Below are positions 1 to 9,423 of a stretch of 64,000 nucleotides of DNA, in pieces (the first letter of the stretch is position 1; every line of letters starts with the position of its first letter). Below the pieces are notes generated by a model. It was not told the origin of the DNA and ran no database searches. It saw only the letters and a program-made list of their open reading frames with translations. Made by a program: the position numbers and the translations under genes. This DNA comes from an uncultured bacterium. Lineage in GTDB: Bacteria; Latescibacterota; UBA2968; UBA8231. The stretch lies in contig CAXGPR010000004.1 of the NCBI GenBank assembly GCA_964011675.1, positions 7,901 through 71,900 of the forward strand. The letters are read 5' to 3'.

Positions 1-2
1 TG

Positions 3-779
3 GTCTCTCTACCGGAACCGGATGGCCGAACACTAGAGGCACGCTATATAGCCTCGGATATAGGCTCAGATTTAGCAGTCCTCAAGGTAGATGCCAAAAA
101 TCTGCCGGTTGCGCCACTAGGTATTTCAGACGATATTTTGGTTGGTGAATGGGCCATTGCCATTGGCAATCCCTTTGACTTGGGCCCAACCGTCAGCATT
201 GGCGTGATCAGCGCACTTGATCGTGACTTCCCGCAGCCTCAGGGGGAGCATTACTATCGAGATATGATTCAAACCGATGCGGCGATCAATCCCGGCAACA
301 GCGGCGGTCCACTGGTAAACGCTGACGGTAAAGTTATTGGAATTAATAGCTTTATATACACCGGTGGCGACTATAGTATAGGCTCTATTGGCATCGGCTT
401 TGCCATACCAATAAGCACCGCGCGAGACTTTTTGGACGAGGTACAACAGCACGGGCAAGTACGACGTGCATGGAGCGGCATCATAGCGCTCAAGAATATC
501 ACACAGCGCTTGGCCGACTATTTGTCGCTGTCTTCGACGGAAGGAGCGCTCGTAGTAAAAATTGCCGTTGAAAGTCCTGCCGATCAAGCGGGACTAGAAA
601 GCGGCGATGTGATCGTTGCTATAAACGGAGAAAAGATGCGCAGCGGTGAGGATGCACTCGGCGTGCTGCGTGGTCTCCGCGTCGATGAGGAATGCACACT
701 GCACGTAGTGCGCTACGGTGAACGCCTCAAGTTGTCTATGCGCCTGAAAGAATGGCCGCGCTACCGACAGCGCTGGTAG
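3..779 (+). CDS. htrA: HtrA/DegP-family trypsin-like serine protease, 3' part only (end of protease domain plus PDZ domain). The 5' end lies upstream of the window; the frame is open from nt 3.
   Basis: The frame stays open from nt 3. Motifs read: DLAVLKVDAKNLPVAPLG, GNSGGPLVN (Ser active-site motif), and a C-terminal PDZ-like block (GDVIVAINGEKM). The ORF-track start at 138 is a TTG inside the protease domain. Confidence 0.8.
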   Translation, partial: VSLPEPDGRTLEARYIASDIGSDLAVLKVDAKNLPVAPLGISDDILVGEWAIAIGNPFDLGPTVSIGVISALDRDFPQPQGEHYYRDMIQTDAAINPGNSGGPLVNADGKVIGINSFIYTGGDYSIGSIGIGFAIPISTARDFLDEVQQHGQVRRAWSGIIALKNITQRLADYLSLSSTEGALVVKIAVESPADQAGLESGDVIVAINGEKMRSGEDALGVLRGLRVDEECTLHVVRYGERLKLSMRLKEWPRYRQRW

Positions 780-807
780 GTGGCAACACCTTATATCGGA
801 GCTATTT

Positions 808-1518
808 ATGCGAGTTATTATACCCCAACTATTTACCGCAGGTAACCTATTCTGCGGCTTTCTGGCCCTGCACTATGCGTTTAAAGGCAGCTATGTGCCA
901 GCAGCTTGGCTCGTTTTCCTCGGGGCCGTGCTCGACAAGATGGACGGAAAGATAGCACGCGTCATGGGCAAAGATTCTCTCTTTGGAATACAGTTCGATT
1001 CAATCGTCGATATTTGCACCTTTGGTTTTGTCCCAGCCGTCATAATATACCAAGGCTACCTCAATTCGAGTTGGGGATTGGCACTGGCTTTCGCTTTTGT
1101 TCTCTGCGGTGCCATTCGCTTGGCGCGCTTTAACACGATCAGCATGAGTGAAGATAAGGAAGAAGACTACTACTTGGGTTTGCCCATACCCACAGCGGCT
1201 ATTTGCTTGACCCAGTTCATCGTTTTCGAGACGGCCTTTGAAGAAACATTGTCCATCGCTTACAAGACCAATGCGGCGGCAGCACTCGCGCTATCTCTAG
1301 CCTTTCTCATGATCAGTCGGCTCGACTACGACTCTGTACCCAACTTTCGCGGCACCTCATTCGCCGATCGTTTCAAACAGCTATTCTTTGTTGTTGCAAT
1401 CGTCCTCGTCCTCTACGAGAGTGCTTATTTCTTTCCGGTGACAATGATATACATATTTTCGGGTGTTTACCGCTGGATTATCGGTTTGTTCAGCAACGAA
1501 GTGACTCAACACGCTTAG
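808..1518 (+). CDS. pssA: CDP-diacylglycerol--serine O-phosphatidyltransferase (CDP-alcohol phosphatidyltransferase family)
   Basis: The CDP-OH transferase motif DKMDGKIARVMGKDSLFGIQFDSIVD is present, the protein has multiple transmembrane segments, and it starts at an ATG. Confidence 0.75.
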   Translation: MRVIIPQLFTAGNLFCGFLALHYAFKGSYVPAAWLVFLGAVLDKMDGKIARVMGKDSLFGIQFDSIVDICTFGFVPAVIIYQGYLNSSWGLALAFAFVLCGAIRLARFNTISMSEDKEEDYYLGLPIPTAAICLTQFIVFETAFEETLSIAYKTNAAAALALSLAFLMISRLDYDSVPNFRGTSFADRFKQLFFVVAIVLVLYESAYFFPVTMIYIFSGVYRWIIGLFSNEVTQHA

Positions 1519-1524
1519 GCCTCC

Positions 1525-1806
1525 ATGCTGCACGACAAACCGATCGGTCATCTACTTCTCATACTCTTTACCAGCACGCTCGGCGCAAATATACTGGGCG
1601 AAGCACTACGCGTTTTGTTGGGTTTTATCGCCGGCTCGGACACCATTGTAGAACGCGCATTGCTTCAGTATGTCACTTATTCCATAGGTCCGCATTGGCT
1701 AAATCTCATTATTCTCTCGTTCTCATTTGAACTGGCCCTGCGTTTCAACCTGATTACGGTACTGGGCATGTTCGTAGGTTGGTATTACTTCAAGTACAGC
1801 TACTGA
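1525..1806 (+). CDS. Small hydrophobic membrane protein (93 aa), function unknown
   Basis: An ORF with two or three predicted hydrophobic helices lies 6 nt downstream of pssA on the same strand. No family was recognised. Confidence 0.4.
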   Translation: MLHDKPIGHLLLILFTSTLGANILGEALRVLLGFIAGSDTIVERALLQYVTYSIGPHWLNLIILSFSFELALRFNLITVLGMFVGWYYFKYSY

Positions 1807-1830
1807 GTCTCCCAAAGGAGGATCCGCACC

Positions 1831-2130
1831 ATGTTTGGCATGGGCCACATTGAAATACTCATCATATTTCTCATCATATTACTGATTTTCGGGGCCAAGC
1901 GCATTCCAGAAATGGCGCAAGGTTTAGGTAAAGGTATTCGCGAATTTCGCACTGCGATGCGAGACGTCCAGGAAGAAATTGATATTAATGCGCCTCCCTC
2001 CAGCAACGCGCAGAAAAACAATATCGAGACAACTCCTGCAACGGAATCTGTAGCACAGAACGCTCCTAATAGTACCGGCGATAGCAGCGCTCAGCAAAGT
2101 GCCGAAAAGGGCGCAGAGAACAAGGCCTAA
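1831..2130 (+). CDS. tatA: Twin-arginine translocase subunit TatA/E
   Basis: The N-terminus MFGMGHIEILIIFLIILLIFGAKRIPEMAQGLGKGIREF is the canonical TatA TM-hinge-amphipathic segment. A strong SD (AAAGGAGGA) sits 7 nt upstream of the ATG. Confidence 0.85.
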   Translation: MFGMGHIEILIIFLIILLIFGAKRIPEMAQGLGKGIREFRTAMRDVQEEIDINAPPSSNAQKNNIETTPATESVAQNAPNSTGDSSAQQSAEKGAENKA

Positions 2131-2138
2131 ACTCTTTT

Positions 2139-3587
2139 ATGGGGCTCAACACAGAAACGGCACACGCGCTTTCTGCGCGTCTTCAATCGGGTGAAGTTAC
2201 GTCGCGTGAAATAACCCAAGCGAGTTTAGATCGCATAGCAGAAGTCGACGACCATATAAATGCATTTATCACTGTAGACGCTGACAGTGCGCTGACACAG
2301 GCCGATGCCATTGACCAGAAACGCGACGCGGGCGAGCCGCTGGGCCCGCTGGCGGGGATACCCATTGCGCTCAAGGACGTGCTCTGCGTGCGCGGCGGAC
2401 GCACGACCTGTGGGTCGCGCATTTTAAAAGACTACGTAGCACCCTATGACGCGACTTCGGTCAAACGCCTGCGTGATGCAGGCATGGTTTTCTTGGGCAA
2501 GACTAATATGGATGAGTTCGCAATGGGTTCATCCAACGAAAACTCCTATTTTGGTCCGGTGCGCAATCCTCGCAATTTGTCCCGCGTGCCCGGCGGCTCC
2601 AGCGGAGGTTCTGCCGCTGCGGTAGCGGCCAATGAGACAATAGTGGCGTTGGGATCAGACACGGGCGGCTCGGTCCGTCAGCCAGCGGGCTACTGCGGCG
2701 TAGTCGGATTCAAACCAACCTATGGACGCATTTCCCGATATGGGTTGGTAGCCTACGCATCTTCGCTGGATCAGATTGGTCCAATAAGCAAAGACGTGCG
2801 CGATGCAGCGCTCTTGTTAGGCGCAACGGCTGGCTATGATCCGCTTGATTCTACGTCAATTGACGCTCCCATACCCGATTACACGGCCCAGTTAACCGGG
2901 AACGCACAAGGATTGAAAGTAGGACTTGCTCACCAGCATTTTCCGGAACAGCTAAATTCAGAAATCGGCGACACTATTCACCGCGCGGCCAAAGCGCTGC
3001 AGGAAGCTGGCGCCGATCTAATCGACGTGAACCTACCAGTTGCAGGTCATCCTGAATACTGTATCGGCACCTATTATCTCATTGCCATGGCCGAAGCTTC
3101 AGCGAACCTCTCCCGCTACGACGGGATCAAGTTTGGTCATCGTTCCGCCGAAGGCAAGGACCTCACGGAGCTGTACCTGCAGTCTCGCAGTGAAGGATTT
3201 GGCGCCGAAGTAAAACAGCGTATAATGCTCGGGACCTATGCTCTCAGCACGGGCTACTACGATGCGTACTACCTAAAAGCACAAAAAGTGCGCACGCTGA
3301 TCCGCCAAGATTTTGACAAGGCATTTTCGCAGTGCGATGTGCTGCTCTCACCTGTAGCACCCACAACAGCTTTTGAATTAGGGGAACAGATTGGCGACTC
3401 ATTGCAGATGTATCTGAATGATATCTACACAGCCTCGGTAAACTTAGCAGGTATACCCGGCATTTCAGTGCCCTTTGCGACTTCTACTACCGATGGACTA
3501 CCCATCGGCGCTCAGTTCTTGGCACCCGTACTTGGAGAAGAAGTGCTACTGCGCGCTGCCTACGCCCTAGAAAAGGCGTCTGATTGA
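2139..3587 (+). CDS. gatA: Glutamyl-tRNA(Gln)/Aspartyl-tRNA(Asn) amidotransferase subunit A
   Basis: The amidase signature GGSSGGSAAAVA and a GatA-like length of 482 aa. The neighbourhood is tatA then gatA. Confidence 0.9.
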   Translation: MGLNTETAHALSARLQSGEVTSREITQASLDRIAEVDDHINAFITVDADSALTQADAIDQKRDAGEPLGPLAGIPIALKDVLCVRGGRTTCGSRILKDYVAPYDATSVKRLRDAGMVFLGKTNMDEFAMGSSNENSYFGPVRNPRNLSRVPGGSSGGSAAAVAANETIVALGSDTGGSVRQPAGYCGVVGFKPTYGRISRYGLVAYASSLDQIGPISKDVRDAALLLGATAGYDPLDSTSIDAPIPDYTAQLTGNAQGLKVGLAHQHFPEQLNSEIGDTIHRAAKALQEAGADLIDVNLPVAGHPEYCIGTYYLIAMAEASANLSRYDGIKFGHRSAEGKDLTELYLQSRSEGFGAEVKQRIMLGTYALSTGYYDAYYLKAQKVRTLIRQDFDKAFSQCDVLLSPVAPTTAFELGEQIGDSLQMYLNDIYTASVNLAGIPGISVPFATSTTDGLPIGAQFLAPVLGEEVLLRAAYALEKASD

Positions 3588-3608
3588 GAGACTCTGGAGA
3601 TTGATCTT

Positions 3609-4535
3609 ATGCATTTATTCGTTACGCTGATTGCCTTTTTCATGTATTCCGCACCGACGGCTCACGCAATCAACGCAAATGCTGGGACCACCGGTTTTAG
3701 TTTCTTGAAAATAGGCGTAGGTGCACGGGCGGTGGCGCTCGGCGGAGCTTATACCACTGCCACGGCCGATCCGGAAGCAGCCGCATGGAATCCAGCAGGC
3801 CTTTGGGGCATTAATAAACGCACGGCTTCCCTATCGTTTAACCGCTACTTAGTTGATTCTCAAGCGGGTTTTATCAGCACAACGCTACCCACTCCTAAGC
3901 GAGTCTGGTCAATTAGTGCCAACTATGTGACGTACGGAATAATGCAGCGCACCGACAGTGAAGGCGCAAACTTAGGCTCTTTCTCCGCGGCAGACATGGC
4001 CGCTTACCTTTCGCTGGCACAGCCAGTATGGCGAGATTGGCTAACGCTGGGGGCAAGTGTTAAAGCCATTTACTCCAATATTGACGCGTTTTCCTCAGAT
4101 GCATACGCACTGGATTTGGGCCTATTGATTCGCGGTCCCCTTCAGGGAATGCACTTGGGTGCTTCACTCAGCAACTTGGGCTTTGTGCGCAGTGCTTACG
4201 TTGGCGAGTTCAAGGATTCACTTCCTGTGCACATGCGTTTTGGCCTTTCACACCGCCCTGCTCATATGCCGATACCGATGCTCCTACTAGCCGACTTCAA
4301 TCTGCCTAACGACAGCGATCCCTATCTCTCTCTTGGACTCGAGGTCCAGGTAGTCAGCGGACTTTACGTCCGCCCCGGCTACAGCCTGCAACAGGCGGGC
4401 TCAGCAGACGAAGATTCGGTGGGCCTGTCAGCTGGAGCTGGCTTTGCCGCCAAGCGATATCGACTGGACTACGCCTACTCGTCTTACGCGGATTTGGGCG
4501 ATGTGCATCGCGTGTCGATTGTAGGTGGCTTTTAG
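3609..4535 (+). CDS. FadL-like outer-membrane beta-barrel protein, probably T9SS PorQ/PorV family
   Basis: A signal peptide, an N-terminal GFSFLKIGVGARAVALGGAYTA...DPEAAAWNPAGL motif typical of the PorQ/PorV/FadL family, and a C-terminal aromatic (VGGF). It is convergent with a T9SS-CTD cargo gene. Confidence 0.5.
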   Translation: MHLFVTLIAFFMYSAPTAHAINANAGTTGFSFLKIGVGARAVALGGAYTTATADPEAAAWNPAGLWGINKRTASLSFNRYLVDSQAGFISTTLPTPKRVWSISANYVTYGIMQRTDSEGANLGSFSAADMAAYLSLAQPVWRDWLTLGASVKAIYSNIDAFSSDAYALDLGLLIRGPLQGMHLGASLSNLGFVRSAYVGEFKDSLPVHMRFGLSHRPAHMPIPMLLLADFNLPNDSDPYLSLGLEVQVVSGLYVRPGYSLQQAGSADEDSVGLSAGAGFAAKRYRLDYAYSSYADLGDVHRVSIVGGF

Positions 4536-4624
4536 AAGCGACGTCTTAGAGCCTCATTGCTAATTTATGGTGGACAATGAATCTCTTTGCCCCTATCGAC
4601 TTCCTATTTAGACTAGCATTGAAC

Positions 4625-7600
4625 TTAACGTAGCAACACGAGTGAACGACTGCGCACGTGATCCTTCGCATAGAGACGATAAAAGTACACTCCACTAGCT
4701 ATATTTATTTCCTGATCATTACGCCCATCCCAAGTCAGCTCATGTCGTCCCGCTTCCATATCAGAAGACAACAGGGTCCGCACGGACTGTCCCAGTACGT
4801 TGTATACAACTATGCGCACACGAGTAGGTTCAGGCAGGGTGAAGGCAATGCGCGTCTCCGAATTAAACGGATTGGGATAATTAGGGAGAAGCTGCATGTC
4901 TTCTGGAAGCGCATTATCCTCTCTCACCGCCGTTGGTCTCAGCCCTTCGACAAATTCAATGCGACGATTGATAGGCAGTGAAGTCGCGCGCTGAACGCGC
5001 CTATTTGGCCAATGTAAGACAAGCGAGTCAACGCGTCCCTCACGACCGAGACCAAAGTGAACAAGGCGACTGCTCAACGCCATACCCGCCGTGCCGTTAA
5101 CTTGCCTATGTATCGTTCGACTTCCCGCATATAACGTTACACGCGCGCCAACCGCGTTACGGTTGCTCTCGCTCCCGCGCAGACGAACCTGCAGCCAATC
5201 TGATGAATCGCCATCATTGCGGTAGAGGCGATTGGAGTAACGCTCGTTGACTACATAGGGATCTAAATCTCCGTCGTTGTCGTAATCGCTTAACAGTACG
5301 GCGCGAGTACGCACCGAGTCGACCATACCGAGCGCGAATGCCACGTCTTTAAACGTTCCATCTCCCCTATTCATGTAAACGCGATTGGCACCACGCGCAT
5401 TGACTACAAACAGATCGAGATCACCGTCGTTATCATAGTCTCCAAAGGCACACCCCGTGCCAGATCCTTGGTTTTCCACTCCGCTCTGACTCGCTACGTC
5501 AACAAATTTTTTGGTATCGAGGTCGTTTCGCCAGAGCACACTGCGCCAAGTCTGATTCACGACGTAAAGATCAAAATCTCCGTCGGCGTCGTAATCTCCC
5601 ATTGCTATGCCAACGGCATCGCCTTCGTCGCCGACTTGGGTTGCCACGTAAGACGAATCACCTGTCTCGGCATAGAATAGGTCGTATGTGCCGTACATAC
5701 TCGCATACAAGTCTATGTCCCCATCCAAATCAAAGTCAGAAAATGCCGCTGCAGACCCGGTGAAACGCTGATAACTGATTACCCGGCGTCGACGGCGTTC
5801 GTCTTTGAACTGACCAGCAACATTGTGAAAGAGCGCGTTGTACTGGCCACGAAATTTGGACACGTATAAATCGAGCTGCCCGTCGGCATCGTAATCACCT
5901 ACAGCCGTAGCGTAACTGGCTTGAACTTCGTCTATGCCCACCTCCTCACTCGCATCTACAAATGTGCCGTCACCGCTGTTATACAGCAACCGGTCGGGCT
6001 CTCCTGGCGGAAGAAAACCGCCCTTCGACATGTACATATCCTGATGTCCATCGCCGTTAAAATCGGCGAAGACAACGCCCGTACCATTTCCAGAATCGGC
6101 CGTCCCGTTAACTTGCGTCACGTCGCTAAACCGCACTCCGTCGTTCCGGTAAAATACGTTGTCACCCACTCCGTACGAGCCACCGTTAGAAACGTATAAA
6201 TCTATGTCTCCATCTCCGTCACTATCTGCCATAGCAGCCGACCACCCGGCACCTGCATCATCTATGCCCAGTTCGGCAGCCATTTCCGTGAATGGGAACC
6301 AGTGTATCTTTCGCACCCATCGATTGTTAGCTATGAGATTATCCTCAACTAACAGTTGGAAGACGAATTCGTATAAACCGCCTCTTTGAGGGATAAATGC
6401 GGGCAGACTATACTCGATGCGCTCACCTGATCTTATTAACGGCAACGCACTCCGCTCATCGTATAGCAATACCCCCTCTGAGAAGACCTGTAATTGAAGT
6501 GTCTGACCTACGATCGATTGCTCACCAACATTGGCGATATCTACGCTGGGATTCAGCGGCCCGGAAGAAGGAACGTGTCGAGGTTCGTTGATTGCCATTA
6601 TGGCTAGATCATTCGTCGGAAGCAAAGGAGAAATCAACAGCATGCGATCAGTCGCGACCCTCTGTAAAAGCTGCTGGTTTCCCGAAGGCCAATAGACGCG
6701 CACATTGACTGGATTTTCACTTGGTAAACCAACGTGCACCTCGCCCATTGAACCGCTGCCCAACTGCGTATATGCCGCAGAATGACGCACCTGGCGGACG
6801 CCCTCACTTAGTACTTCGACGCGTGCACCTACGCTACTCGATGGAAGATTGAGGGACAGCCAGTGCCCGACTGACACTTCGTTGCGCAGCAGAGCATCCA
6901 CCCCGCGGACGCCGCTGAGAAAGACGTCAATGTCTCCATCGCGATCGATGTCCGCCGCTGCTGCACCGGCAGTTAGCGCCACTTTCTGCATCCGAGACGG
7001 TAGCGCCGTCGACGAAACAACGTCAAAATATCCATCACCGCGGTTGGCATACACGTCTACACCGCCTAAGTTTGATATGAGCAGATCGACGTCTCCATCC
7101 AAGTCAAAATCGGCGGCGACGCCGCCCGCACTGCTGTTGCGACCCTCAGCACCAACCCGATGCAGTTCAAAACGACCGCCACCATCGTTTTCCCACAGAG
7201 CGTTTTCCTGTTCGTTTGCCCGCAAGACGTACAGGTCAAAATCGCCGTCCCCATCATAGTCAGCAGGCAACCCGGCAACACTGAACCCATTCTCGCGCAG
7301 GCCGGCGCGGCCGGCGGCCTGATTAAACACACCCCGCCCATCATTAACATGTAGCAGGTCTACATAGCCAAAATTGGCGACATATAAGTCTTGATCTCCA
7401 TCACCGTCTATATCAAACGGCACGGCCGCAAAGGTCTCCTGTCCAGCCCGCAGAGCACTCTGGTTGAAGCTGACATCTATCGGAGGTTCTGCAGTGAGGT
7501 CAGTGAAGTACTGATTGCCACTACCGTAGCGATGCGTCGAGAATAGATCAAGCGACCCATTTCCGTCAAAATCGGCAAAGGCCGCCGAGGTAGCACCCGG

Positions 7601-8008
7601 ATAGCCAGGCGCTAGGGCATCTTCGGGGAGCAAAGACAGCCGTCCCAAATCGTTGCGTAAAAGCGCATTGGGCTCGTTGAAGCGAACGGCATAGAGATCC
7701 TCATCTCCATCTCCATCGTAATCGACAAATACCCCACCCATGGCGCGCCCAACCGGTGCAACAGCAGCGCGCTCATCGACAAAAGTACCGTCGCCTCGGT
7801 TCACGTATAACAGAGAGCCTGCATCTAATTCGAGACGAGCAACAAACAGATCGGGCCAGCCATCTCCATTGACATCGCCAAACACAGCACCGTTTGCGGT
7901 TCCACCATCATCTACACCAACAGCCCGTGCAACGTCGGAAAACACAATCTGCCCGCGCGCTGGTGAGTTAAATAAGGCAGCGCAAAGCAGTAGGATATAT
8001 GTATGCAT
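4625..8008 (-). CDS. Large secreted FG-GAP/VCBS-repeat (ASPIC/UnbV, CRTAC1-like) protein with a T9SS C-terminal sorting domain
   Basis: More than 15 DxDGDGxxD calcium-binding FG-GAP repeats. The C-terminal ~85 aa (NYPNPFNSETRIAF...GVYFYRL...) matches the Por secretion tail. The signal peptide starts at the internal ATG at 8008 (MHTYILLLCAALFNSPARG); the ORF-track extension to 8092 is unlikely. Confidence 0.8.
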   Translation of the reverse strand: MHTYILLLCAALFNSPARGQIVFSDVARAVGVDDGGTANGAVFGDVNGDGWPDLFVARLELDAGSLLYVNRGDGTFVDERAAVAPVGRAMGGVFVDYDGDGDEDLYAVRFNEPNALLRNDLGRLSLLPEDALAPGYPGATSAAFADFDGNGSLDLFSTHRYGSGNQYFTDLTAEPPIDVSFNQSALRAGQETFAAVPFDIDGDGDQDLYVANFGYVDLLHVNDGRGVFNQAAGRAGLRENGFSVAGLPADYDGDGDFDLYVLRANEQENALWENDGGGRFELHRVGAEGRNSSAGGVAADFDLDGDVDLLISNLGGVDVYANRGDGYFDVVSSTALPSRMQKVALTAGAAAADIDRDGDIDVFLSGVRGVDALLRNEVSVGHWLSLNLPSSSVGARVEVLSEGVRQVRHSAAYTQLGSGSMGEVHVGLPSENPVNVRVYWPSGNQQLLQRVATDRMLLISPLLPTNDLAIMAINEPRHVPSSGPLNPSVDIANVGEQSIVGQTLQLQVFSEGVLLYDERSALPLIRSGERIEYSLPAFIPQRGGLYEFVFQLLVEDNLIANNRWVRKIHWFPFTEMAAELGIDDAGAGWSAAMADSDGDGDIDLYVSNGGSYGVGDNVFYRNDGVRFSDVTQVNGTADSGNGTGVVFADFNGDGHQDMYMSKGGFLPPGEPDRLLYNSGDGTFVDASEEVGIDEVQASYATAVGDYDADGQLDLYVSKFRGQYNALFHNVAGQFKDERRRRRVISYQRFTGSAAAFSDFDLDGDIDLYASMYGTYDLFYAETGDSSYVATQVGDEGDAVGIAMGDYDADGDFDLYVVNQTWRSVLWRNDLDTKKFVDVASQSGVENQGSGTGCAFGDYDNDGDLDLFVVNARGANRVYMNRGDGTFKDVAFALGMVDSVRTRAVLLSDYDNDGDLDPYVVNERYSNRLYRNDGDSSDWLQVRLRGSESNRNAVGARVTLYAGSRTIHRQVNGTAGMALSSRLVHFGLGREGRVDSLVLHWPNRRVQRATSLPINRRIEFVEGLRPTAVREDNALPEDMQLLPNYPNPFNSETRIAFTLPEPTRVRIVVYNVLGQSVRTLLSSDMEAGRHELTWDGRNDQEINIASGVYFYRLYAKDHVRSRSLVLLR

Positions 8009-8269
8009 GGTAGACCTTATCGTGAGGGGTGCAAGATAGCGCCAATGTACTCGCCTGCGTCTCAAGTGCAACGAACCCGTGGCGTGTAGCACACGTTACG
8101 ATGCCTCGGCCCAAATCGTACACATGCGGCCACAGCATAATCGAGGAAGAATATACGCGAATCCTTAAAAGACTGAGATTAGGCTGTTCCCCAACCATCT
8201 GGGACACCATTTTCAGGGACTCGCAGCATGCGCCTACTCAACGATTGCGGAACACTGCTCGCCCTTTAA

Positions 8270-8470
8270 TCGTTCCATTCATTAGCACACCCCACACAGA
8301 CGGCGGACGTGTATAACGGAAAGTTTCTTGCCGATCCTCCACAGAGTTTTGATGGAGATAGCAAGCAACACAACTACCAGAACGAGTTCATCGGATTACT
8401 TAACCTGAACGCCGACACCATATTGCTTTCGGGGTGGAAGATCTGCGACGATGATATTCTGGGCGACTAA
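8270..8470 (+). pseudogene. Orphan fragment of a lamin-tail-domain (LTD) protein with no start codon, truncated by a stop
   Basis: The translation ...VYNGKFLADPPQSFDGDSKQHNYQNEFIGLLNLNADTILLSGWKICDDDILGD* contains the LTD hallmark (NEFIELYN...DLSGW.L.D). It follows a TAA directly and has no ATG. Confidence 0.4.
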
Positions 8471-8859
8471 GTTTTTCCTCCTCACACCGTATTGCCGCCC
8501 GCTTACTAAATCGTTTTATTCGGCGGAGGCAAACCGGCTAACCAAGACGAGCAGATTTTTGTCGACGACAGCCGCATAGGGAACGGATTGAGCAACAAAA
8601 ACTATGAAGCTACATCAACGCAACGAGGAATACTGTTAACCTGACAACTGAAACTCCTTGTTATAAAGACTGATCGCTTACACGCACTGAGAGCAGAGCT
8701 ACAGCACTTCATGTAGACCAATCGACGGTGTTTCCCTGTATACGATCAGACAGGTCCTCGTCCATCATCTCGGCAAAGTACTTTTTACAAAATAAAAATC
8801 CCATCCTAGTTTAAGCAGAGCGGGATAAAACCGGTCTTGTCGGCGCAAACAAGGTGCGT

Positions 8860-9318
8860 TTATTTGGAATACGCCGTCTTAAACTCGTGCAACAGGTCGT
8901 GTAGTACTTGAGGATGGGTCGTATCAACTGACTGCTTACAGAGCATAGCCGTACTCAGCATCTTGTGAAGCAGCACCAGCTTGTTTATATAAGACGCAAA
9001 TTCAGCGGCGCCGTCGTCCGTAGGAGCTTTCAATCGCTGCGTCATAAAATACTGCGTCACTGCGTGCTGAATTTTTTTGGCATGCTCTTCCTTAGTCATC
9101 ACCCAACGGGCCAATTGATTTGCGCTCTGAGCGTCATCTTTGCTCGCCAGGTCAGCAATCATGCCCATTGCTTTCTCTATGGTTTGCACATCTTCAGCTA
9201 TGGCGGAAAAACGCGCGTCATCGCCGTAGATACCGCAGGGTACTTCGCAGTGCGCATAGAGGTCAGGTGAACACATGCAAATAGCAGCCAAAACAAGTGT
9301 AATAACGTATCGGGACAT
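8860..9318 (-). CDS. sodN: Nickel-containing superoxide dismutase precursor (NiSOD)
   Basis: The mature N-terminus HCEVPCGIYGD matches the Ni-hook His-Cys-x-x-Pro-Cys-Gly-x-Tyr. It is preceded by a 22-aa leader (MSRYVITLVLAAICMCSPDLYA) that a SodX-type peptidase must remove. The ATG at 9318 has a GGAGGAG SD 7 nt upstream. Confidence 0.85.
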   Translation of the reverse strand: MSRYVITLVLAAICMCSPDLYAHCEVPCGIYGDDARFSAIAEDVQTIEKAMGMIADLASKDDAQSANQLARWVMTKEEHAKKIQHAVTQYFMTQRLKAPTDDGAAEFASYINKLVLLHKMLSTAMLCKQSVDTTHPQVLHDLLHEFKTAYSK

Positions 9319-9423
9319 AAAGAGTCTCCTCCAATTATTAATGTCACATATTATCCGCAAAGAGTATATTAGTAACCGCAAAACACAGCAACCAAGAGAC
9401 GACTAAAGACCAGGGAGAACGAT

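Noticed and set aside
4658-7354. Several 60-140 aa ORFs in various frames inside the FG-GAP gene, including Ser/Pro-rich translations
   Set aside because: These are antisense or out-of-frame artefacts of a GC-rich repetitive coding region. The 1127-aa frame has coherent domain structure and a T9SS CTD.
8680-8720. A CTGAGAG motif reminiscent of the TPP riboswitch core in the sodN downstream spacer
   Set aside because: The flanking sequence lacks the other conserved TPP-riboswitch blocks (GGGGTGCC and ACCTGATCTGGATAATGCCAGCG), and the orientation and context do not precede a thiamine gene.
8780-8860. A possible intrinsic terminator downstream of sodN (ATCCC...GGGAT followed by a T-run on the minus strand)
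   Set aside because: The stem is only 5 bp with a 19-nt loop, which is too weak to call with confidence.
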